24,000 bases of DNA from Actinomycetota bacterium (GTDB lineage Bacteria; Actinomycetota; Actinomycetes; BP-191): positions 1-24,000 of the forward strand of contig JBDTYE010000005.1 of the NCBI GenBank assembly GCA_040005895.1, read 5' to 3'. The position numbers were made by a program, and so were the translations under genes. The notes under the pieces were generated by a model. It saw only the letters and a list, made by a program, of their open reading frames with translations, was not told the DNA's origin and searched no databases. Positions 15,128-22,349 of this stretch are shown here, in pieces (within the stretch, counting starts at the first letter, position 1; every line of letters starts with the position of its first letter).

Positions 15128-18100
15128 ATGATGAGCGGCATGCCATCGGAACGGCTCGCACACAGCCCGCTCGTCGGACGGGCTGACGAGGTCACGCGCC
15201 TTGCTGCCATGGTCGGCATCAGCGGTGTGGGGCGCGAGACCGGCATTCTGGTCGCGGGTGACGCCGGCGTCGGGAAGACCAGAATGCTCGCCGAGCTGCG
15301 CGACCAGGCGGAGCGGGCCGGCTGGCGCGTGCTGCTGGGCCACTGTCTCGACTTCGGCGACAGCGCGCTGCCCTACCTCCCGTTCACCGAGATCTTCGGC
15401 CGGCTCGCCGCTCGCTCCGCCGCTGATGCGGAGGCGCTCGTCAGCGCCCACCCGGCCATCGCCAGGCTGATGCCGAGCAACCGGCTGCTCTCTGACGATC
15501 AGCGGCCGGAAGGGCCGCGGGTCGAGCGCGGCGACCTCTTCGAGGCGGTCCGCTCGGCCTTCACCCAACTCGCCGCCGACCAACCGCTGCTCGTTCTCAT
15601 CGAGGACGTGCACTGGGCCGACCAGTCGACCCGCGACATCCTCAGCTATCTGTTCGCCCGCCGGTTCTCCGGCCAGGTCACGGTCGTTGCGTCCTACCGC
15701 AGCGACGATCTGCACCGCAGGCACCCGCTCCGGGCCGTCGTCGCCGAGTGGTCCAGGCTGCCCGGTGTCGCCCGGCTCCCGTTGCAGCCGCTGGGCGACC
15801 TGCAGGTGCGTGAACTCGTCCGCGCGCTGCACCCCGCGCCGATGCCGGAGTCGCGCGTCACCAACATCGTCCAGCGCGCCGAGGGCAACGCGTTCTTCAC
15901 TGAAGAACTCGTGGCTGCATCCGACCTCGGCACTCAATCGCTGCCGACGGACCTCGCCGACCTTCTGCTGGTGCGTCTAGACCAGTTGGACGACACCACG
16001 CGCCGAGTCGTCCGGGCCGCCGCCGTCGCCGGCCGCCGGGTACCCCACGCGCTGCTCGCCGCGGTTGTCGGCATCGACGGTGGCACCCTCGACCGGGCCT
16101 TGCGCGATGCGGTCGAGGCCAATGTGCTCGTGCCGACCGGATCCGACGGCTACGGGTTTCGGCACGCGTTGCTCGCGGAGGCGATCTACGACGACCTGCT
16201 GCCGGGCGAGCGGGTTCGACTGCACGCTGCGTACGCCGCGGTCCTCGGTTCGCCCGACGTCGACGCCACCGCTGCCGAGCTGGCCCGTCACGCCCGGCTG
16301 GCGCACGACCTTGCCACCGCGACCCGCGCCAGCATCCAGGCCGGCGACGAGGCGATGGCGCTGGCGGGACCCGACGAAGCCGCCCAGCACTACGAGCTCG
16401 CGCTGGAGCTCATGGCCGACAAGGGGTTCGCCGCCAAGCTGAACATCGACGTGATCGGACTCGCGATCAAGGCGAGCGAGGCGGCACTCGCGGCCGGGCA
16501 CGTCTTCCGCGGGCTCGCGCTGGTGCAGGCGCAGTTGACGGCGTTGCCCCCGGATGCACCCCCGGAGCAGCGCGCCAGGCTGCTCGTCGCGGTGGCCGGC
16601 GCCGCGATCCTCAGCGACAGCAACGTCGACCTTCTCGAAGTGACCACCGAAGCGCTGAGTCTCATCTCCGCCGAGGCGACACCGCTGCGTGCGCGCGTGT
16701 TGAACGTGCACGCTCGCGCCCACGTCGACCGCAACCGCGACGAGGACTCGGTGCGCTGGGCGACCGAGGCGCTCGAGCTCGCTTCCGCGCTCGGGCTCCC
16801 TGCCGTCGTGGCCGAGGCGGCGACGACGCTCGCCAGGGTCAACGAGCGGCTCGGAAACCCGGACGCGTCGCGCCAGACGCTCGAGCAGACGATCGTCGAC
16901 GCCCGCGCCGCGGGTGAGGTGGCGGCCGAACTGCGGGGCATGTTCAACCTCGGCGGCCTGCTCTACGAGCAGGGCAAGCTCGAGGAGGCCCTGAGCGTTT
17001 ACGACGCCACCTGCCGGCGCGCATCCGAGACTTCCCGGCCGTGGGCGCCTTACGGCGTCGACTCCCGGATGATGTCCGGCATCGTGTCCTATGTGGCCGG
17101 TGACTGGGACGCCGCCTGCGCCATCGTCGACCTGACGGGGGAGTCGCCGCCGCCGCTGGGGGAAGCAGTGCTCGACTGCGTTTCCATGATCGTGGCCGCA
17201 GGCCGCGGTGACCCGCGCGGCCTGGCCCTGCTGCCGGCGCTGCGTGCCTGGTGGCCGCGCGACGGCATGACCGCGATCCTCAGCGCCGGGGCGGCCATCG
17301 ATCTCTACGGCGACTCCGGCGACCTCGCGGCGGCCAACGCGGTCTACGACGAGGTGGTCGCCACCGTGAGCGAGCTCTGGCGGCTGATGGCTTTCCAGGC
17401 CCGCATCCGGCTGAGCGCGCTGGTGCTCGGCGATCTCGCCGCCGCCGCTGCGACGTCCGTTGCCGACGAGCGGGCGGCGTTGGTGGCTCGCGGCGATGTC
17501 CTGTTGGCCAACGCCGTCAAATCCGCCGACAAAGGACGCGTCCGCGGCCAGAAGCGCGGCCCTGAAGGTGAGGCCTGGGTGGCGCGGGTGGGCGCCGAAC
17601 ACCTGAGACTGCGTTGGCTCACCGGCATCGACGTGCCCACGGAGTCCGAGCTCGTCTCCGCCTGGGAGTGCACGGTCGAACGCTTCCAGGAGTTCGGGCA
17701 TGTGTTCGAGGTCGCCCGATCGCAGGCCAGGCTCGGGGCGGTGCTGCGCGCCGTCGGCCGACCGGCCGACGCAGCCGCGACGATCGAGGCGGCGCGGCGT
17801 ACCGCAGAGCGTCTCGACGCCCGCCCTCTGCTCGCCGAACTGCGGGCACTCGGCGGATCCGCCGCCGGATCCGGGGCCCTGGCAGCGGAGGTCCACCGCC
17901 AGGGCGAGACGCTGACGCCGCGCGAGGCCGAGGTTCTCTCTCTGGTCGCGCAGGGTCTGAGCAACCGTGACATCGCCGGGCAGCTCTACATCAGTGCGAA
18001 GACCGTGAGCGTGCACGTGTCCAACATCCTGGCCAAGCTCGGTGCCTCCGGACGCACCGAGGCGGCAGCGGTCGCTCGCCGGCGCGGACTGCTCGGCTGA
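15128..18100 (+). CDS. Large ATP-binding LuxR-family transcriptional regulator (LAL/MalT-like: AAA ATPase, helical/TPR-like region, LuxR HTH)
   Basis: Walker A GDAGVGKT (15257-15280) and Walker B-like LLVLIEDVHWAD, followed by a long Ala/Leu-rich helical region. The C-terminal segment LTPREAEVLSLVAQGLSNRDIAGQLYISAKTVSVHVSNILAKLG is a LuxR/FixJ HTH. The start is uncertain: ATG 15128, GTG 15116 (GGGGA 9 nt upstream) or GTG 15044. Confidence 0.9.
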   Translation: MMSGMPSERLAHSPLVGRADEVTRLAAMVGISGVGRETGILVAGDAGVGKTRMLAELRDQAERAGWRVLLGHCLDFGDSALPYLPFTEIFGRLAARSAADAEALVSAHPAIARLMPSNRLLSDDQRPEGPRVERGDLFEAVRSAFTQLAADQPLLVLIEDVHWADQSTRDILSYLFARRFSGQVTVVASYRSDDLHRRHPLRAVVAEWSRLPGVARLPLQPLGDLQVRELVRALHPAPMPESRVTNIVQRAEGNAFFTEELVAASDLGTQSLPTDLADLLLVRLDQLDDTTRRVVRAAAVAGRRVPHALLAAVVGIDGGTLDRALRDAVEANVLVPTGSDGYGFRHALLAEAIYDDLLPGERVRLHAAYAAVLGSPDVDATAAELARHARLAHDLATATRASIQAGDEAMALAGPDEAAQHYELALELMADKGFAAKLNIDVIGLAIKASEAALAAGHVFRGLALVQAQLTALPPDAPPEQRARLLVAVAGAAILSDSNVDLLEVTTEALSLISAEATPLRARVLNVHARAHVDRNRDEDSVRWATEALELASALGLPAVVAEAATTLARVNERLGNPDASRQTLEQTIVDARAAGEVAAELRGMFNLGGLLYEQGKLEEALSVYDATCRRASETSRPWAPYGVDSRMMSGIVSYVAGDWDAACAIVDLTGESPPPLGEAVLDCVSMIVAAGRGDPRGLALLPALRAWWPRDGMTAILSAGAAIDLYGDSGDLAAANAVYDEVVATVSELWRLMAFQARIRLSALVLGDLAAAAATSVADERAALVARGDVLLANAVKSADKGRVRGQKRGPEGEAWVARVGAEHLRLRWLTGIDVPTESELVSAWECTVERFQEFGHVFEVARSQARLGAVLRAVGRPADAAATIEAARRTAERLDARPLLAELRALGGSAAGSGALAAEVHRQGETLTPREAEVLSLVAQGLSNRDIAGQLYISAKTVSVHVSNILAKLGASGRTEAAAVARRRGLLG

Positions 18101-18115
18101 GGCCGGCGCTGGCCG

Positions 18116-18355
18116 CTACTTGATCGCTGAGGGGTCGCCGACCCGAGCTGTCCGCTCGGCCAGCGTCTCGACATACCGCAGCATGGAGCGGACGCCCAGG
18201 AAGCTCCGGTGCGATTCCACGTGCTCCTCACAGGCCAGCCAGACCTTCTCGCGGTCGGGCGTGTGCAGTTTGGGGTTGTTCCACACGACGGCGTACACGG
18301 CCGGCGCCCGGCAACCTTTGCGGGAGCAGCGGGGGACTTCGTCGGTCTCTTCCAT
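18116..18355 (-). CDS. Small conserved-looking Cys/His protein (79 aa), putative zinc-binding
   Basis: The translation is MEETDEVPRCSRKGCRAPAVYAVVWNNPKLHTPDREKVWLACEEHVESHRSF... with a C-x4-C ... C-x3-H pattern. The longer 225-aa track ORF upstream is low-complexity and crosses the intergenic region. Confidence 0.6.
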   Translation of the reverse strand: MEETDEVPRCSRKGCRAPAVYAVVWNNPKLHTPDREKVWLACEEHVESHRSFLGVRSMLRYVETLAERTARVGDPSAIK

Positions 18356-18521
18356 GGCCGCAGTATCGCCGGTCGGCGCAAACTGAGGAATTCCTGGTGA
18401 ACACCGGTGCGCGCGGGTGTCCGGCAGGGCAGACTGACCGGCGGGAAGCGCAATCGCCCGGGGGGTGCTGCGCGTATTCCATTCCGGCGGTCGCGGCCTC
18501 GGGATGGCTGGGGGATGTGGG
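18356..18521. promoter_or_regulatory. Divergent promoter region containing two adjacent perfect palindromes
   Basis: AGGAATTCCT (18386-18395, 10-bp perfect palindrome with an AT-rich core in GC-rich DNA) and CACCGGTG (18402-18409). The region lies between divergent starts at 18355 (-) and 18522 (+). Confidence 0.4.
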
Positions 18522-21500
18522 ATGAGCAGGTCCATTTTCGGGTTGCGTCGGTCGTCAGCCCGGATGTCGCGGCGGCGGATGACGCAGGCCCTGATGTGCG
18601 TCGCGGTGTTGATCACACCGCTCGCGGCCAATCCCGGCGCGGCCGGCGCCAGCGGCCCGACGGCGGGCATCCTCGACTCGTTCAACCGGCCGGACGGGCC
18701 GGTCGGTTCCGGCTGGACCAAGCTCGGCAGCTTCACCGCCAACCTCGTGGTTTCCGGCAACCGGGTCACCGCGGTGGTCGGTGGCACCGCCAACTTCTGG
18801 AACGCCGCTGCCTACGGCCCGGACAGCGAGGCTTACGCGACCGTCGCCGCGCTGCCGACAGGTGACGGCTATTTCTACGGGCTGCTCGTCCGCATCCAGA
18901 ACGGCACATCGCAGGCGACCCGAGGCGGCTACGTCGGCAGAGTGAACGTGCGGACGGCAAACGCAACGGCCGACGACTGGGTGATCTACAAGACCGTCAA
19001 CGGGTCAGGGACCATCGTGTCCAACGGCGGCGTGGCGCTGCCCGGACCCAAGCTCGCGGTCGGCGACAAGATCATGACCGTCGCGTACGGCACCGTCCCC
19101 ACGACTGTCGAGGTCTGGCACTTCCGGGCGGCAGCGGGCAGCTGGACCCGCGTGGTGTCCTACAGCGACGGCACGAATCCCTTCACGGCAGCCGGCCAGA
19201 TCGGCCTGCACCTGCGGGACAACGTCATGGCAGTCGACGACTTCGGCGGCGGCACCACGGTGCTCGTCACCCCGACGGCCCCGGCCAACGCCACGCCGCC
19301 GTCGATTTCGGGCATCGCCGACCAGGGTCAGACGCTGACCGCCGCTGCCGGCACGTGGACCGGAACCCCCGCTCCGTCCGTCGGGCGGCAGTGGCAGCGC
19401 TGCGATTCGCAGGGCGGCGGCTGCAACGCCATAGCAGGCGCAACAGCGTCGTCGTACGCCGTCGGCGCGAGTGATGTCGGATCGACGATTCGGGTTGTGG
19501 AGACCGCCACCAACACGGTCGGTTCCGTGTCCGCCGCTTCTGCCGTGACCGCGGTGGCGACCGGGCCGACGTTGCCGGCGAACACCGCTGCTCCCACCAT
19601 TTCCGGCACTCCGCAGCAGGGGCAGACACTGTCCGCGGCTGCGGGCAGCTGGACCGGTTCGCCGGTCCCGGCCGTGACCAGGCAATGGGAGCGCTGCGAT
19701 TCGCTGGGGAGCGCCTGCACCCCGTTGCCCGGCGCCACGGCGTCGTCGTACGCCGTGACCGCGGCCGACGTCGGATCGACCCTGCGGGTTGTCGAGACCG
19801 CCACCAACACGGTCGGTTCGGTGTCCGCGGCCGCCGCCGTGACGGCGGTTGTCGCCGGACCGACACCGCCTTCCAACACCGCTGTGCCAGGCATTTCTGG
19901 AACGCCGCAGCAAGGGCAGACGCTGACCGCGACCGCGGGCAGCTGGTCCGGCACCCCGCCGCTCGCACTCTCCGAGCAGTGGGAAACGTGCGACGGCAGC
20001 GGCGCCAACTGCGGGCCGATAGCGGGAGCCAACAGCGCGTCGTACCCGCTCACGGCGGCCGAGGTCGGCTCGACCGTCCGAGTCGTCGAAACGGCCACCA
20101 ACTCCGCTGGTTCCGTCAGCGCCGCGTCGGCGGTGACGGCCGTGGTGCTCGGACCGACGCCGCCTTCGAACACCACCCCGCCAGCGGTTTCGGGTACGGC
20201 GCAGCAGGCGCTGACATTGACGGCCGTCGCGGGCACGTGGTCCGGCAGCCCGCCGCTTGCGCTGTCCGAGCGATGGGAGCAGTGCGACAGCGGCGGCGCC
20301 AACTGCGCGCCGATTGCGGGCGCCAACAGCGCGTCCTACGTGCTTACGGCGGCCGAGGTCGGCTCGACGGTCCGAGCCGTCGAAACGGCTACGAACTCTG
20401 CTGGTTCTGTGAGCGCTCCGTCGGCGGTGACAGCCGTCGTGGTGGGCCCCACGCCGCCTTCCAACACGGCAGTGCCGACGGTTTCGGGATCGGCGCAGCA
20501 GGGCCGGACGCTGACGGCAAGTCAGGGCAGCTGGAGCGGCGGCCCGCCGATCGCGTTGTCCGACCAGTGGGAGCAGTGCGACAGCAGCGGCGCCAACTGT
20601 GCGGCGATAGCGGGAGCCACCAACGCGTCGTACACCCTGGCTTCCTCGGATGTCGGCTCGACGGTGCGCATCGTGGTGAGTGCGTCCAATGGCGGCGGGT
20701 CCGCGCAAGCCGCGTCCGCGGTGACGGCGGTCGTCACGGCGACGTTCGCGCCGGTCAGCACGGTTGCTCCGACCATCAGCGGTACGACGCAGCAGGGCCA
20801 GACGCTGACGGGCACGCAGGGCACCTGGATCGGGGCGCCGACGCCGACGATCACCCAGCAGTGGCGCCGCTGCGGGTCGTCCGGCACGGGCTGCTCTCCG
20901 ATAGCGGGCGCCACCACGCTGAGCTACCAGCTCACGTCAGCCGATGTGGGTGGGACCCTGCAACTGCTGGTCACCGGCACGAATTTCGTCGGCAGCTCGC
21001 AAGCCGCGTCCGCTTCCACCGGTGTGATCGCGGGACCGCCGACCAGCTCGCCGGTGGCTCTCGAGAACAAGCTGCCGGGCACGCACGCCTGGTACCCGCT
21101 CTACTCGACGTCGACCGGCGGCGCGCTCGAGGGCTATGCCTCCGACACCAGCGTCGCGCCGGGGGAGTCGCTGCAGTTCCACGTGAGTGCAGCGGCGCCG
21201 GACAACTACCAGATCCAGATCTACCGGCTCGGCTACTACAACGGACTCGGTGGTCGCCTGATGACCTGCCTGCCGAGCTGCACGACCAACACGATCGGGC
21301 AGAAGCAGCCGTACGTCGCTCCGGATCCGGTGACCGGACTGGCCTCGCAGAACTGGCCTGTGACCAACTCCATGACAGTTCCCGGGACGTGGGTCAGCGG
21401 CTACTACGTCGCGAAGCTGACTCTCAAGAGCGGTACCAACGTCGGCAAGTCGTGGCCGGTCCCGTTCGTCGTCAGGCAGGACCCGAACGCCGCGCCGAGC

Positions 21501-22349
21501 CGGATGCTCGTGGTGAGTTCGGTAGACACCGAACAGGCCTACAACGCGTGGGGCGGCAAGAGTCTCTATGCGCACAACAGCACGGGATCGGTGCCGGCGA
21601 AGATGGTGTCGTTCGATCGGCCATACGGAAACCAGGTGCTGTACTTCGAGTTGCCGTTCCTGAGTTTCATCGAGAGCCAGCCGACGCTCGACCCGGCCTA
21701 CATCACTGACGTCGATGTCGACCGGACCCCGCAGGAGTTGCTGCGGCACCGGTTCACGATGGTCAACGGGCACAGCGAGTACTGGAGCAAGGGCACCCGC
21801 GACGCCTACGAAGCCGCGCGCGCGGCCGGGGTAAACCTGGCTTTCTGGGGTGGTGACCAGGGCGACTGGCAGGTGCGCTACCAGGACAACTGGCGCACCA
21901 TGGTCGGCTACAAGACCTCGCCCGACCCCTATCCGGACCCGTCCCAGCGGACGACGAACTTCTCCAAACTCACCCCGCCGCGCCCGCAGTGCCAACTGCT
22001 CGGCACGTCGTTCCAGGGGGGCTCCGGCGCCATCGGGTCGTACGCCGTCAATGCGGCGACGCTGAGCGACCGGTACTTCGCGGGCACCGGCTTCGTCGCC
22101 GGCGACACTTTCGCGGGCAACGGTTTCGAGTACGACTGGATCGGTTCGGCCAGCTGTCTCGGATATCCGACGACGGTGTTCTTCTCCGATGCGAGCAGGC
22201 CGAACGTCGGCCCGGCGCTGCGCTACACGACACCGTCGGGGTCAACCGTTTTCACGGTCGCGTCCGAGGCGCTCGCGATGATGCTGTCCCCGCAGGATCC
22301 GCGGCTGCAGCGGTTCGCGCTCAACGTCCTCCAGGACCTGTCCCAGTAG
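18522..22349 (+). CDS. Large secreted multidomain protein: signal peptide, lectin/LamG-like beta-sandwich region, 6 Ig-like repeats, N,N-dimethylformamidase-beta-subunit-like C-terminal domain
   Basis: GGGGGA lies 6 nt upstream of ATG 18522. The N-terminus MSRSIFGLRRSSARMSRRRMTQALMCVAVLITPLAANPGAAGA|SGP looks like a signal peptide (RRR, possibly Tat-like). There are six 98-aa repeats. The C-terminal motifs YQIQIYRLGYYNGLGGR and VDTEQAYNAWGGKSLY are typical of the DMFase-beta-like family as I recall it. Confidence 0.85.
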   Translation: MSRSIFGLRRSSARMSRRRMTQALMCVAVLITPLAANPGAAGASGPTAGILDSFNRPDGPVGSGWTKLGSFTANLVVSGNRVTAVVGGTANFWNAAAYGPDSEAYATVAALPTGDGYFYGLLVRIQNGTSQATRGGYVGRVNVRTANATADDWVIYKTVNGSGTIVSNGGVALPGPKLAVGDKIMTVAYGTVPTTVEVWHFRAAAGSWTRVVSYSDGTNPFTAAGQIGLHLRDNVMAVDDFGGGTTVLVTPTAPANATPPSISGIADQGQTLTAAAGTWTGTPAPSVGRQWQRCDSQGGGCNAIAGATASSYAVGASDVGSTIRVVETATNTVGSVSAASAVTAVATGPTLPANTAAPTISGTPQQGQTLSAAAGSWTGSPVPAVTRQWERCDSLGSACTPLPGATASSYAVTAADVGSTLRVVETATNTVGSVSAAAAVTAVVAGPTPPSNTAVPGISGTPQQGQTLTATAGSWSGTPPLALSEQWETCDGSGANCGPIAGANSASYPLTAAEVGSTVRVVETATNSAGSVSAASAVTAVVLGPTPPSNTTPPAVSGTAQQALTLTAVAGTWSGSPPLALSERWEQCDSGGANCAPIAGANSASYVLTAAEVGSTVRAVETATNSAGSVSAPSAVTAVVVGPTPPSNTAVPTVSGSAQQGRTLTASQGSWSGGPPIALSDQWEQCDSSGANCAAIAGATNASYTLASSDVGSTVRIVVSASNGGGSAQAASAVTAVVTATFAPVSTVAPTISGTTQQGQTLTGTQGTWIGAPTPTITQQWRRCGSSGTGCSPIAGATTLSYQLTSADVGGTLQLLVTGTNFVGSSQAASASTGVIAGPPTSSPVALENKLPGTHAWYPLYSTSTGGALEGYASDTSVAPGESLQFHVSAAAPDNYQIQIYRLGYYNGLGGRLMTCLPSCTTNTIGQKQPYVAPDPVTGLASQNWPVTNSMTVPGTWVSGYYVAKLTLKSGTNVGKSWPVPFVVRQDPNAAPSRMLVVSSVDTEQAYNAWGGKSLYAHNSTGSVPAKMVSFDRPYGNQVLYFELPFLSFIESQPTLDPAYITDVDVDRTPQELLRHRFTMVNGHSEYWSKGTRDAYEAARAAGVNLAFWGGDQGDWQVRYQDNWRTMVGYKTSPDPYPDPSQRTTNFSKLTPPRPQCQLLGTSFQGGSGAIGSYAVNAATLSDRYFAGTGFVAGDTFAGNGFEYDWIGSASCLGYPTTVFFSDASRPNVGPALRYTTPSGSTVFTVASEALAMMLSPQDPRLQRFALNVLQDLSQ
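19270..21033 (+). repeat. Six in-frame tandem copies of a 294-bp (98-codon) coding repeat
   Basis: Unit boundaries fall at about 19270, 19564, 19858, 20152, 20446, 20740 and 21034. Consensus: PTPPSNTxxPxISGTxQQGQTLTAxxGSWxGxPxxxxxxQWExCDSxGxxCxPIAGAxxxSYxLTxxxVGSTxRVVETATNxxGSVSAxSAVTAVV. Copies 3 and 4 are the most similar at the DNA level. Confidence 0.95.

Noticed and set aside
15977-18016. 679-aa minus-strand ORF, together with 15023-15937 (304 aa)
   Set aside because: Both are antisense shadows of the LAL regulator gene, whose frame has Walker A/B motifs and a LuxR HTH.
19270-21033. Regular repeat array considered as a CRISPR or satellite
   Set aside because: The units are 294 bp, contiguous without spacers, diverged from each other, a multiple of 3 in length and in frame within a long CDS. 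They are protein-domain repeats.
19005-21709. Long alternative-frame ORFs (567 aa and 332 aa minus strand, 674 aa plus strand) across the repeat array
   Set aside because: The repetitive, Arg/Gly-rich translations simply mirror the 294-bp periodicity of the real frame. The real frame gives Ig-like repeats with conserved Cys and hydrophobic cores.
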